This document shows positions 24,245 through 38,774 of a stretch of 64,000 nucleotides of DNA, piece after piece (within the stretch, counting starts at the first letter, position 1; every line of letters starts with the position of its first letter). The notes beneath the pieces were generated by a model, which saw only the letters and a program-made list of their open reading frames with translations, searched no databases and was not told the DNA's origin. The translations under genes and the position numbers were made by a program. This stretch comes from Octopus bimaculoides (lineage: Eukaryota), in NCBI RefSeq assembly GCF_001194135.2, contig NC_068982.1, positions 113,427,690 through 113,491,689 of the forward strand, read 5' to 3'.

Positions 24245-27200
24245 CTGTCATCTGACCAAATCACACGAAGGCCTGAAGATATACGAAATGCTAATGAACT
24301 TGATACAAGTAGCAGGAAAATGATAAAGGAACAGTATTTGAAGACCACACATTTGCTGAAGAACACGAAAGTCTACAGTGGAAATGAAGCAGAAAAATCT
24401 GAATGAGCCTGCAGTTAGTTGTAAAACCTACAAGTATGAATGATAGAGAACTACTTCATAAACTATCAAATACAAATGAAAATAAAAAAGAACACAAACA
24501 AATTAAGACTGGCAACTACGTAACAAAAAATCATACAAGAATTAAAACCTGCTTTTACTGAATTAAAATTATTTACGCATTTGCTAAGGCAACTGAAATT
24601 AGTTGTATACCTTCAAGAAACAAAGAAAACCAAATCTGGGAAGAAATCCAAACCGGAGAAGTAAAGTTGAAAATAAATTTAATTAATGAGAGATTAAATA
24701 TCTATATTAAATGAACTAATTCGTAGAAATTATGTAAGATCCACAAAAGGAAGAAAGACGAAGATAAAATATGGATTTTCATCAAAAGAAGAGCAACAAA
24801 AGATTCACTCGGAGATTTCAGTAAAGAAACAACTTTTACAAGCAAAATAAGGTATTCATCCAATACCGAAATGTTCTATAGAGAAATGGAGAGGGAAAAT
24901 AACCATTGAAGACCCCACTTCCATGGAAAAAGCTGAAACTTTTGGAAACACATTTGAATTAATGAGAAAGCATAGAATGAAAGAGGAAACTGGATTAGTT
25001 GCACAGAAGGATCCTGTCAAAGTTTACAAGATCAAGCATGGAAAACATCTCAGTAGATCTAAGTATGAAACTCACGAAGGTAAATAAATGGAAATCCCCT
25101 GGTAAAGACAGGACGTCGAATTTCTGGCTCGCATCGCTCCCGTGCGCACATGAAAAGTTAGTCCAGCTGTTAAGTGTAATTATGAGAGATCCAGAGGAAA
25201 GCACATAACTTGTTAGCAAGTGGTATTACTTACCTACTCCTAAAGAATAATGAAACCAAAGTTCAAAAATTTATCGGCCCATAACCTCTTTATCCACCAC
25301 TTGTAAAATTTAACATCTATTCTTGTGGAGGAAACATATGCGTTTGTGGAAGAGAACAATATTGTCCCCGTTGAATAAAAAAAAAAGCACAAATGGATGC
25401 AAGGATCAATTTCTAATTAATCGCATGATTCTTTAAAAATGTTAAAACAAACACAGAAATATCAGTTCCGCATGGATTAATTACAAAAACGCATTTGACA
25501 ATATATGGCATTCATGGATCTTAAAATAACCGGACATCTTTAAAATTACTCCTGTAATTTTAAACTCGCTGAAGCACAATACGTTATTGTGGAAAACGAA
25601 TCTCTTGTTGCATTATTTTAATGGAGTAACTAGTTTCAAACAATATCAATATCAACTGTGGCAGTTTCCAATTGAACTCACTTCACTTCTGAGTTTCTGC
25701 ATAGCTTATAGAACTTAACAGAACAGGGTATATATATAAAATTGACAAGAAAATAAGTCATCTACTTTATATGGATGAATTTAAACTCTATAGCAAAAGC
25801 AATGATGAGCCTGAAGATCTATTACGTACTGTGAAAGCATACAGTGACTGGTCTTGATAAGTGTGTCAAAGCCATTTTCCAGAAAAGGAAATTGAAGACT
25901 TCAAATTCAGTAGCGTTAGTTGTTGGCACAGTTATTAAAAAACTTGAGCATGAATAAACTAAAAAATACCGAGGAATAAATGAAAGCTCTGGCAGTCATC
26001 ATGCAAGCATGAAAGAGAGGATCAGGAGAATTCGGACAGTTCCAAAATTTTAGCTAAACGCACATAACAATGTGTTAGCTATAAATTCCTTAGCATCTGT
26101 AGTTGCTACATATAGCTTTAGTGTGCTGAAATGGAATATCAGTGAAATAAAGAAAATTGATAGAAAAATACGTAAGCTGCTGACCTGTAATAAAATACAC
26201 CACCTAAAGGCAGACGTCGATCATTTTTACCTTCCCAGATCTCAGGGAGGTCGAGGTTGATCCAATTTGAAATTTCTTACAAAAACACTACAACTGGACT
26301 GACCAAACATTTTGAAACAACTGGATGTTAAATCGCATTGAAAATCACGAGAGGCGTAAGAAACTTTATTCTATGTCGAAGGAGAGCAAAAAAACATTGC
26401 TATTGAGTTCATGCATGATACCAGGAATTATGTCAAAGGAAGTAAATTTTAATGGTAAAGAAAAAAGCGCATGAACAATTGGTTAGTAGCTAGGAACAGA
26501 AAACCTTACATGGCAAATGTGTGGCTCGTAGCAAACAATCTGATGTTGACCAGTAGCATACCCATCAGCGGCTACAAAGCTTAGGACTAAAGACAGAGAC
26601 TGACGGCTTCATCTTAGCTGCTCAAGGTCAAAGCTTATTGACTATCAAGCCAATGTGAGGAAAAATAGAGTAGATCCAAAGTGCCGACTTTGGAATGATT
26701 AAAGCATGGACCATTTAGTTGCTGGATATAAAGTTTTAGAACTAGTGGAATATAAATCAAGACATGACTGAGTTGGACAATATCTACACTGGTTAACATA
26801 TCGGCATTTTAAAATCAAAACTGTTGACAAGTGGTATAAGCACCACTCTGAAATTGTTACTGGTGGTAAATGTAATGACTCTTTGGGACTTTCCAGTACA
26901 TACAGACACAACCATTAAAGCTAATAAACTGTATATTGTTGTAAAATACCAAAATGATAAAGTATGTTTATTGATTGACATGTGTATTCCTTGTGATCAT
27001 AAACCATCGGCAAAAGAATTTAACAAGCTCAGAAAATATACAGAGATTTGCTCATTGAAATCGAAGAAATGTGGTATCTCAAGATAGTTACAATAGAAGT
27101 GATAGTAGGAACGTTAGGAATGATAAAAAAAAGGAACTAAAATTTGTCTGGAAATTATCCCTGGCTTACCATCCCTGCAAGAAATGCGAAAGATTCTTTT

Positions 27201-27425
27201 AACTGGTGCATCATACATATTGAGAAGAGCATTGTCGCTGTTAGAACGATTACCACTCATGTAAATAATTTTTTCTACATAACTTCATTTGGTTTTTGGT
27301 GTATTCATTTTTTAATGGCTTATTAATGTAGTGAGTTTATTTGCCCTAGGTGTCGGAAACACATTCGGCAAGATATGGCAACAGAATTGAAAGAAGAAAA
27401 AAAGATTAATATTAATAATAATAAG
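24245..27425 (+). mobile_element. R4/Dong-like RLE LINE, near-complete ORF, pseudogenised
   Basis: KWKSPGKDRTSNFW, (A)WINYKNAFD, YMDE(F)KLY, PRSQGGRG, a CCHC remnant (DPKCRL..MDHLVAG) and an RLE motif (YIVVK..VCLLIDMCIP..K..K), all in the expected order, ending in AAT repeats. Confidence 0.85.
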
Positions 27426-27433
27426 AATAATTA

Positions 27434-27491
<58 letters not shown>

Positions 27492-29526
27492 NNNNNNNNN
27501 NNNNNNNNNNNNNNNNNNNNNNNNNNNNNNNNNNNNNNNNNNNNNNNNNNNNNNNNNNNNNNNNNNNNNNNNNNNNNNNNNNNNNNNNNNNNNNNNNNNN
27601 NNNNNNNNNNNNNNNNNNNNNNNNNNNNNNNNNNNNNNNNNNNNNNNNNNNNNNNNNNNNNNNNNNNNNNNNNNNNNNNNNNNNNNNNNNNNNNNNNNNN
27701 NNNNNNNNNNNNNNNNNNNNNNNNNNNNNNNNNNNNNNNNNNNNNNNNNNNNNNNNNNNNNNNNNNNNNNNNNNNNNNNNNNNNNNNNNNNNNNNNNNNN
27801 NNNAGTATCACTCAAATACTGGATGTCGATGATATCGACTTATTCCTTCTCCCAAAAGTTTAGACCTTGTGTTTACATTAGAAAGAATTATTTGTTGGTG
27901 AATTAGTGGAATTGTTAAAGCGTCAGAAAATATGTTTTTAATATTTTTTCTTGCTCTTTACATTCTGAGTTCAAATCCCACCGAAATCAACCTAATTCCA
28001 ACGATTTATTTCTTGAGTTCAAATACCGCCGTGATCAGTATTGCTTTTCATCTCTCAGCGCTTGATAAAATAAAGTACGAGTCAAGTACTGGAGTCGATG
28101 ATATCGACTTAATCTATCTCCTCAAAATTGCTTGCTCTATCTGTGATTATTGCCACTGTATTTTCTGTTGAAACCTTATCTTCATTGAATATTCTTTTAA
28201 GGATATTGATTCTGGTTTGATTCAATGTTCACATTGCCCATTTGGTAAATCACATGGAAAAATCAGTGAAGTTACAACTTTCCAGGTTTCTCTCCTTGCA
28301 TATAGTATTTCTATCTCATCAAAATGCATTTAATAGATCAATATTCTGCGAAGAATTTATATCTAATAACGATGTATATAATTGGAAGATAGTAGACGTT
28401 TGGATAAATGTTGCGTTGCAAGCCGACGCGACAAACGGATATTAATTTAATTGTAGTTTAACAGACAATGATTAGATAATTTTATATCACTTCAGCTAGA
28501 AAGTGGTTGAATAACTTCTGTTAGACAGTGACGTTGGTTGAAATGAAATGTGTAAACAGCATAAGTCTGATATCTTATATTCTGTTTAAAATAAATATGA
28601 CAGCTTATTTTGTAATCTTCTACAATATGATGATTCGTGTTGTTCGTTTAAAAGCACTCTGACCTCACGAATAATCTACAGAGTTTATTTCACTTAAGTT
28701 GGTGCAATCTACTTTCAATGTGTTGATATTTTAACTTTGTATTTCATGTGATGGCATCTTTCGGTTATTTTTTAAGCGAGTTTTCTACGAGAACGTATGT
28801 ACAGTAATATATATTTAGTAAATCTTTCATCGTCACTCCGATGCATGTGGTCAGAGTTAGACCGAAGCATATTCGACATTGTCTTCCTTGCTTACTATAA
28901 AACATGACAATATTATTTTTCATTAACCAATCTTTTTATTTTATTTCTTCACCGCATAATTATTTCTACATACGTACTTTGATTCTCCAAGTATTTAGTA
29001 TGTTAACATTAACTGATATGCAGTTCTCTTACTGAAGATGTCTTAAAATTTATTCCGTTTGATGTAGACTTGTTTTCACTTATGTTTAAAGATTTACAAT
29101 TGATGATAGTAATACCTCTGTGTGTCCGGTTAGGAAAAAATTAAATTATATATAAAATGGAAATTCTAACCTTAGCTTACTATTAATTTTAGTAGAATAG
29201 ATGAAAAGTATTTTTTTATTTACGGACAGAACATTAAAATAGATAGTGAGATAATAATGGAGAACGCATAAACAAGGAAGCATAACACCTCCACTCAATG
29301 AGAATTATTAATGGAGCATAAATTGTTCATATTGAAATAGCTTTATAATTAACATCTGAAATGTTTTTAAATTAAATATTCAACCTTAAAGTAGAGAAAT
29401 ATCGGAAAAAATAAGCTATTCCAGAAAATTAACGCTTAAAAGTTTTATTTCTATATATAATACTTGAGAATTTAGTATAACCTTGCGAATATCTAGTATA
29501 TATGAATTATATGACCGGTCAATTCA

Positions 29527-29527
29527 T

Positions 29528-29618
<91 letters not shown>

Positions 29619-29631
29619 TAGATAGATAGAT

Positions 29632-29666
<35 letters not shown>

Positions 29667-29772
29667 CATACATACATACATACATACATACATACATACA
29701 TACATGCATGCATGCATACATACATACATACATACATACATACATACATACATACATACATACATACATACA
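29527..29772 (+). repeat. Compound (GATA)n(CATA)n microsatellite
   Basis: Direct reading. Confidence 0.95.
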
Positions 29773-30129
29773 TAGAAACATAAACACTCACAGATACACA
29801 TGCATATATATATATATAATGAAACGAAATATAAATAATCAAAATTATTCATTTTCAGAAAGTGGGTGGGGATGCAACCGCTGAAAGCAAAATGATCACT
29901 TATTTCATCAAGTACATCATCTTTCTTTTAGATCGATTGTTGCAAGGAGTCATACGACCCCTAACAGCAATCAATCTCATATTTACTTTCAGTCAAAATA
30001 ATAGTAGTATTAACGCGTTGTTCTAGGAAAGGAAAGATGGCGGGAGCTTTGTTCGTTTGATTTCTAATGTTATATAAAATCAGCAGGTAAAAATCACCGA
30101 AATAACGAGGAAAACAACATGATTAACTA

Positions 30130-30800
30130 TAAAGAGGAGCATAATTGGAGGTATCTTCCTAATATTACTTCAAACATAATAGCATTCAGGTTAAAGTCTG
30201 CCAGTCTTTATTTGAAGAAAGGAAATGTCCTTACTACATATCTAATTTAGAATTCGTTTCTTTATCGATCTCATTCAGTAACCATTTGACTCCATTCAAA
30301 TTTTGTCCATTATACGCAATTCTCGAAATTGCACATTAAATTCTTATTTTTTTCTTACTTTCATGTTTTTGGAAGAGACTGTTTTCAGTATATGAAAAAG
30401 TAAATCAATCGGTAGATTTATTAGACGAAGATGTTAAGATTATTTCAAATTATGTTGGATTATCTGAATCAATTCTCATCATTCAACTTTTCTGCCAAAT
30501 ATATATTCTCCAATGACTTCATATTCTTCACCAAACCTTTCCTTTCCCTTTTTCTGTTTTTTCCCCCCTAAATCCCGACTGAAGCCTACCAAACTGTTCT
30601 TAACAATCTTACTCAATCCAACCGTAGCACTTTTTTAAACTCCAATTTTCTTCAATGCCATTTTGATGTTAATTATCTTTTATTGACTTGTTCTCGCCAA
30701 ACCTACCATTTTCTTCTAAAGCTGAACCGTCCAACAAAGAGAGTAGAGGTTATTATAATGTGCACACTGATGATTACTACTTTCCCTTGATAAAGATGCA
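30130..30800 (-). mobile_element. Possible very old CR1-like RT remnant
   Basis: Weak GI..W.....GWIE motif only. Confidence 0.3.
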
Positions 30801-31037
30801 AAAACCATATCTTTTCTTTGATTTATTGATTTTGTTTTGACAATATATCATCTAAGTGATAAATATCTACGATAACTGATACTTCTAGCAATCAAACATA
30901 CATCCATTTTCTCACGCTTTCTTTCTCCTCTTTCTCTTCTCTCTCTTCTCTCTTTCTCTCTTCATATTTCTCTCTCACTCACTCACACGCTCTCTCTCTC
31001 TCGCTCTCACTCACATGCTCTCGCTCTCACTCACATG

Positions 31038-31096
<59 letters not shown>

Positions 31097-32849
31097 ACCT
31101 ACCATTATATTTATTTCAGATTTAAACTTGTGTATCGAACGTGTATCTCTTGATTCCCCGACACCAAAAACAGAACGAAAGAAATGTTCCAATAAAATCG
31201 ACCAATTAACTTTCCTTTGAAGTTTATTTTCTCTTGACTTTAGAAAGACTCTGCCTATCCAACGCTAAGTAAACACTGTGTGTGTGTGTCTCTGTGTGTG
31301 TGTTTGTTTATTTATGTGTCTTTGTGTTTGTGTGTATGTGTTTCTGTGTGCGTGCATGTGAATGTGAGCCTGTCCATGTAATGTATACGTGTGTGTGTGT
31401 AGCTATATATGGAAGTGTACTTATGCAAAAATATATTACATTTGCATTCGGGCACAATTTGGCGTTGGTAGTAATATTGTTTGGAGGTTCGGAGTTTGAT
31501 GTCATTGTGCGACACGTTGGGCAACTGGTATCTGTTATGACCTCGGGTTGATTCAAGCCTTCTGACTGAAACTGGATGAACAGAAACAGTGCAGAAGCTA
31601 GTCAAATAAACCCAACCGGTATCACATCTCCCCTACGAAGATGAGAGACATTGACATTCCTCTTCTAAATGATGCACTTACAACGTAAATTTCGTAAAGG
31701 TCTTAGTACATCTGAAGTTGGCTTTTAACTAATAAAATTTAGTTCTAATGAAAACTAGAGAAGAAATAAGTTTCCTCCTGGATAGAACTCTGGTCTATCA
31801 TAGGTAGCATTCTACGTGGTTTTGTATCTATTTCGTTTAACATAGTTAAATATAAGAACACATTTATAATAAAGCTATTAAAACTCTTGTAGTAGATTTA
31901 CACTCACACCCTAGTGGCAGTTTTTCACAAAGATATATCCACATGACTATTTCACCTGTAGCATGTTAGTATAACTAAATCGATTAAGTTTCGGAAAATG
32001 CCATTCAAATAATATTTCAGTGAACGATTACAAATAGGTTTAAAGTTTCGCTGATTTTTTTTTTCTTTTATCGCAGTAGTTGTTTCATTGAAAACGATTT
32101 TTGCATTTTAAATCAGGAACAATTTTAACTTAAGAATGTGGAAAATACTAAAATCCTCACAAAATAGACCTATTCTTTGGATAGATACGCTTTTCAAATA
32201 TGTTTCTCATAGCCTATTGTACGATGAATGATATGCATTTACCTTTAGGGTTCAATAATATAACGTATTCTACACATGTTATTTTCTGTTCTCTTCTGAA
32301 TCTGTTTTTTATGCAGTCATTACATGCATGTACATTCAATGGTTAAGTATAGAAAATGAATATTTTAAAATGTTCGAGATTAGTTTGAATCATGTTTCAG
32401 CAATTCCAACAGTATGTGCTGCAAAAATTATTTGCATACTCAAGATTTTGAACTTACTCAAGTAACTCAATCTTCAAAATTATATATCTACAAAATTGAT
32501 AAATATTTCCTTCAAACAATCGAGATATTTTGAAACTATTTGTAGTTATGCAATTACATACAGAACTGAATTATAATCAATTATATTATGAATCCCGGAG
32601 CAGGTGCGTTTCTGGATAAAGTATGACATTTTAAACACACATAGTTTTGTATCTTTACTTCATTAGCATTTGTAATATGCATTAATTTTCTTCAAACATT
32701 AAGATGATCAAAGTTAATAGAATCTCAGATGGTTAGGTCATTAGAAGTAGAATCTCAGATTCAGGACTCATTTATGGTCAAAACTATTCCACTCCAGTTA
32801 TGCAAATAATGCCCGTTAAGAAGGCATGAATGTTGCAACATCTAGTCAC

Positions 32850-33130
32850 CGGATTTACAATCATGAGGTAATTAGTTCGATTCCCGGACCGGGCTGTGTG
32901 TTGTGTTCTTGAGCAAGGCAGTTATTTCACATTGCTCCAGTTCAATCAGCTGCAGAAACGAGTTGTGACGTCACTAGTGCCAAGCTGTATCGGCCTTTGG
33001 CTTTCCGGTGGCATGGAGAGAAGAGGCTGATATGCATGGTCAACAACCTTGTCCGCTCTTGTACCTCGGAGGTAATTTTTGTAGGTGCAATCCCATGCTC
33101 ATTCATGACCGAAGGGGGTCTTTACCCTTT
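32850..33130 (+). mobile_element. tRNA-derived SINE with CORE-like centre
   Basis: B-box AGTTCGATTCC, ttgtgttcttgagcaaggca..cacattgctccagt core, tail tttacccttt. A related minus-strand head lies at about 35660-35775. Confidence 0.7.
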
Positions 33131-33137
33131 ATGTATG

Positions 33138-33176
<39 letters not shown>

Positions 33177-33899
33177 AGAAGTCACCAAAAACACAAAAGA
33201 CGAAGACAGGTGGTGTAGAAAACAAAAAGATGTATTAGTATAACGCTCGAGAATTGAAAAAGTCTTTAACGTTTCGAGCCTGAGTGGAAATGTGCCTAAG
33301 TATTCGCCACCAATTACAACACATGTTTTATATCTTCACAAATAGAACTGTTAATATTTGGAAATTAACTAGGAAACCTATTCACTAATTCAAACGACTT
33401 AGTCAGACAAAAGAAGAAAGGGCGAAAAACAGGTCTCTGCTCAATACCTTTTCTTTTTAGTTCACAAGTGAAAAATATTGTGATTGGCTACTCGCTCAAC
33501 GTGATGAGATTTGAGAAGGGATATTCCAAACAGGTTAAATATACCCATCAAAAATAATTCTGTTTAATATCTCCCTACAACACACTAAATTTTAATGCCT
33601 CAAAAATATAACTTTCCTATGTCCAATACCATCAGCAATGGGTCCTTCCAGTATTGAGGAACTGTATCATTTTCACGCAGATTATCAATAAGATTATGTA
33701 AAAGATCTAGGTTCCTAGTTACTCCTAATTGAAGTACTTTTACTTGAGTACCATCAACATCAATAGCTTTTCCTGGGTGCTACAGGCAACATATAATCTA
33801 CTACAGCATGTTACATTGTCGGGATTTCAGCAACTAAACCACGGCCCACTGCCTCCAAGCTAGAACGTAAAAGAAGAAACAAAGCAAGACCCATGAAAG

Positions 33900-35400
33900 G
33901 AAAATATGAACCAAACATATAAGCAACTATCTAGAAATACAATGTAGGGATTTAGAAGTTTACGAGACGGTAAACGAACAAGCTGATAATCCAATAAATA
34001 TGTAATGATTTGCTGAAGTAAGCAAATTGCACGACTACTGAAATTGCAGATTACATGAGAGTTTGAGATCTTGGTATATGAAAGGCCTTGATGTTGATTT
34101 TAGCTGCTGTATTGCAAAATTAAATGAGCAGTTGTAACTTTCTTTGACAGTATTTTTTTTTAATAATCTACGGTGTTGGTCGTACTTTTGGTGAAGGAAC
34201 TTTTGTACGAAAATGAAAATATACTTGCGAGGATTTTAAAAACTAAAACTGCAGTGTAGTTGGACCGTAGTAATTTGCATGCAGTGTGTTCGTTGTTGTT
34301 TGGGTTGCTTGTGATGCGCATTGTGTGCTAGTTTTCATACTTTAAACTCTGCTTAGCATCAACGTGTCGTCATAATTCTGAGAGGTTCTGGTCAATTTTT
34401 TATCGGATAATATGTTTGAATAGTGTTGATGATGTTCTTAGATGGCCTTTTAATGGTGTGAAGTTGGTGGTTTGAGTTTTTTTTTTAATACACAATAGCA
34501 TTTCTTTGAGTTTTCTGAAGGGTTGGAACTACTACTCTCTAAAGTAGGAATATCATCATTGACACCTTAGCAGAACTAGAGTTAAGACTAGTACAAGAAA
34601 TATCTGAAAGTCCAACGTTTAACTTTGTTTCTGGTATTAGTCTTGGATCTAGTTCTTCTAAGGTTTCAATGATAATCTTCCTACCTTAATCCAACTAATA
34701 ACAGTTTATCTTTAGTGATATTATGAGCTTGTTGTCGCGATAAAAGTAACAAAGATTTACTATTTTGTGCTTAGTATGTATATAGTATGAACAATTTTCC
34801 TGTTGAATTTCGTTACCCATCCTTATGTCAAAGAATATATGGTTGCCTTTTCCAATCCTTATGACCTCTTCAAAGGTTTTCGAGCCGTAAATAGTATGAT
34901 TTCTCGGTTTCTGTACGTGTTTGTTAATATTGCTGCAGAGAAATATTTTGCAAGTTGTCATTTATCTGTTATTTTTTGTTTTATTTTATTCAACAGTAAA
35001 AACATGTTTTTTTTCTATTTTATTTATATATTTTTGAGCCTTTGAATCTTTGCTAATATTGCCCTTGAAAATCTAAAAGAAGTTGTTATTATAAGTTTTA
35101 AAACTTGCACTAATAACTGTATTGAAAAGCGTGGATTCGAACTGGTTCAATATTTCGTATGGCTTTGGATCTTAAAGCCTAAGTTGTATTTCAAAGATAG
35201 ATTTAAAATGCTACTTTTTTTTTTCAAAAAACAAAACAGCTCTTCTTACGTCATTCATCTAGCGATATCTTCAGTTTGCTTGATGAGATGCTTGATATAT
35301 GGCTTCTTTCCTGGGATGGGTACGTTTCTATTTGCAAATCCAATTTGATGTTGCTTCACAATTCATCTGGAGAGTGATTGATATTTAGAGAAAGAAATAA
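33900..35400 (-). mobile_element. Decayed Penelope-like element
   Basis: GNHIFFDI (cf. VNFLDV), NSNHQLHTIK (cf. SNHPxxIIK), KNTVKESYNC (cf. NTVKVSYSC). Confidence 0.55.
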
Positions 35401-35777
35401 TACGATACAGGAGAGGGGAGTACACTAGATTGAGAGTGTGATACTAGCGGGATAGTAACTAAGTTACGGTGACGTAAGTTATAATCTGATACAAACACTT
35501 CATATTAATTCATGTCGGAGATTCTCCTGTCGTCTACGACACGAGAAGGCTTGCTGATCAACCGGACAGATTATTTTTTGCGATCAAATATTTCTGCTGT
35601 ATATTAGCTCTCTCCCTCTATTAAAAATACATTGTCAGATGTCAACGATTTCGAAGAGTAAAACGAGATGAAGTGTTTTGCTGAATAACACAACGCAGCA
35701 CTTGGTCCTGGAATCAAAACCACGATTTCACGATCGTGAATGCAACTCCCTAAGCAGAATGCACACTCTCTTACTTT

Positions 35778-35918
35778 CATACATACATACATACATACAT
35801 ACATACAAACATACATACATACATGTATACATGTATACATACATACATGTATACATACATACATGTATACATACATACATGTATGTATACATGTATGTAT
35901 GTATGTATGTATGTATGC
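35778..35918 (+). repeat. (TACA)n/(TATG)n quasi-palindromic microsatellite abutting the mariner TIR
   Basis: Direct reading. Confidence 0.9.
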
Positions 35919-35919
35919 A

Positions 35920-37089
35920 TCAGGTCATCCCATAAGTTCTGTCCGAATTTTGAATTTTAAAAAAACAAGTAATCAAATGTTATATTTAATTGAAATTTAA
36001 TCATCAATGTACTTTCTCTGATTATCTATGACTTCCTTCCATCTATTTACAAGCTTTTTAATCCCATCAATGTAAAACTCTTTTGGTTTCGACCTCCTCC
36101 TGGCTTGCAAAAGTCATGTCCCCCCAAATGATTCTGTAAACTACGAAACAAATGGTAGTCTGAAGGAACAAGGTCAGGAGAATAAGGTGGATGAGGAATT
36201 TTTTCCCAACCAAGCTCTTCGATCTTCTGTGATGTGATCTTTGCAGTGTGGGGTCACGCATTAACTTGATGAAACATCACTCCTTTTCGATTCACTAAAG
36301 CGGGTCTTTTTTCTTCAAAGCTTGGTTCAAACGCTCTAATTTCTGACAGTAGACTTGAACATTGATTGTTGCGTTAGGTGGTAACAATTCAAAGTGAATT
36401 ACTCTTTTGNNNNNNNNNNNNNNNNNNNNNNNNNNNNNNNNNNNNNNNNNNNNNNNNNNNNNNNNNNNNNNNNNNNNNNNNNNNNNNNNNNNNNNNNNNN
36501 NNNNNNNNNNNNNNNNNNNNNNNNNNNNNNNNNNNNNNNNNNNNNNNNNNNNNNNNNNNNNNNNNNNNNNNNNNNNNNNNNNNNNNNNNNNNNNNNNNNN
36601 NNNNNNNNNNNNNNNNNNNNNNNNNNNNNNNNNNNNNNNNNNNNNNNNNNNNNNNNNNNNNNNNNNNNNNNNNNNNNNNNNNNNNNNNNNNNNNNNNNNN
36701 NNNNNNNNNNNNNNNCCTGTTCGATCTTCATCTTCAAAGCTGAAATCTCCACTTCTGAATTTTGCAAACCATCTTCTGCAAGTTCTTTCATTCAATCATT
36801 CTTTCCCGTAAACTGAGTGTGTTTCGAGTCGCTTCGGCTGCAGAGTTTCCTTTTTTGTACTCATAAAGCATTATGTGCCTCAAATGCACTTTGGATACTT
36901 CCACGTTAGAAAGGGTTTTAATCAAAGAAATTTTAATTCTATTATTCTGTAAAATAATATTTAATTAGCTTAAATGTACACAAATGCATAAAAATAATTT
37001 TTAATTCCATTAGACATTCTAAAGTACTATTAAATTTCATTCAATTTTAAAAAAAGGTAAAATCGGACAGAATTTATGGAATGACCTGA
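35920..37089 (-). mobile_element. Mariner DNA transposon, pseudogenised, with an assembly gap inside
   Basis: About 30-bp TIRs tcaggtcatcccataagttctgtccga / tcggacagaatttatggaatgacctga, TA on the right side. Transposase 35997-36904: (M>V)EVSKVHLRHIMLYEYKKG, RWFAKFRSGDFS, HQVNA*PH (D>V plus stop), HPPYSPDLVPSDYHLF. Confidence 0.92.
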
Positions 37090-37233
37090 TATATATGCAT
37101 ATAATATTCAGACATGTATAATGAATAATATATATTTTAAGATATATACCATGTATAATATATACAAATAATATAAAAATAATATTAAGTAATAAATAAA
37201 TAATATATAATAATAATGTATATAATATGTGAG

Positions 37234-37297
<64 letters not shown>

Positions 37298-38435
37298 CTT
37301 CAGAAAATAGGTGTTACCTAAGACTGTGTAGCTGGGAACAGAGGTGGAATACTAGGTTCAAATTTAGTCGACTGGTAAAGCCAATGATCATTTTCTTCTG
37401 TGAGCCAGAAAATGTGTTATGTTCATGCATGCTATGTTTCATCAGAAACAGAAGCAGACATTCTTGTAATATCGATTACATCCTAAACGTCTGCTGACAA
37501 TAACGGACAATTTGTTCGTCAACTGAAAATACCGTGTGACATTTCTCATATAAACTAGCATGATTAGCATCTCTTGTGCTATTTACAGCACTAGCGGAAT
37601 AGCTCTCTTTCACTCGTCAACATAAACACGCACATTAAGAGACTAAGCTATGCAGACATTCAAGAAGAAAAAAGAATGATGAAGCAAACAGTTGAAAGAC
37701 AGAAATAGTTTTAGCTTTGGTAATATCTACGAATTATTTCAATAATATTTCCTAGAAATTAGACCATGATGCAAGCTGGTGTCAACAATAGAGCGATATA
37801 AATAATAGGATATTTCTGCTGAAGAAAATCCAAGACGGATCGGATTAAGGTATCAGCTATTATTTTTAGAACGTTGAAAATATCGGATTACGGCCTGAAT
37901 ATTGGATAACGCACATTGGTTTTCGTTGGAACAGAAAAGTATTCTTTTAGAATAATAATTATTGGCAGGTATATGTTTGACTTTGTTCAGACGCCCATTA
38001 TAATGTAATTCAATGACAATAAATCCGATGCATTATGAAAATTTTCATATATAAAAAGTTCTTACTAATGGCTAAAATTACAAGAAAACTATGATAGCGT
38101 TTTAAAATCTCATTTCATTTCTGGGCACTAACAATGTAGATCGAAATTGTTTTCTGGAAACTCATAATCTGAAATTGCAGCGAGAAACGAACCTGGGTCG
38201 TCATCTTCAGAATGTCATAATGTGAGAGTCGGAAAACGTTTTCCGAGACGAGCCGGATTAGAAATGTTATACCTTGCGTGCCAAAGCAAATAGAAGAAAT
38301 GCAGATATGATCATACGAAAAGATAAACAGTTTGTGTGTGTGGATGGGTGTAGGTGTCTGTCTGTCTGTTTGTGTGTCTGTTTGTCTGTCAGTGTGTCTG
38401 TGTATGGTTGCGCGCGCGTGTGTGTGTGTGTGTGT

Positions 38436-38630
38436 GGCGAGCTGGCTAATCATTAGCACGTCGGCCAAAATGCTTTCTTCTGGTTCTTTTCCTTCTGAGT
38501 TCAAATTCCGCCGAGGTCGATTTTGCTGCTCCTCTTTTCGGAGTTGATAAGTACAACTTGAGAATTGGGGTCAATGTAACCGACTTACTCACTCTATTTA
38601 AAATTGTTGATCTTCCACCAAAACCTGAAG
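38436..38630 (+). mobile_element. Family-A SINE
   Basis: Collinear with 924-1133; inserted after (GT)n. Confidence 0.75.
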
Positions 38631-38774
38631 CTATTCTTTTTTTTAAATCATGCGTTGTACTGAAGAAATCACTACACGTGTGATAGCACTTAGCACTAGA
38701 AAAAATAACGGCATGCAGGGAAGGGTTAAACCATCTTTAGATAAGATGAGTGATTTCGTTTGGGGTTTCGAGTT

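Noticed and set aside
37800-38300. Possible very old Tc1/mariner remnant
   Set aside because: Only faint motif echoes and no TIRs.
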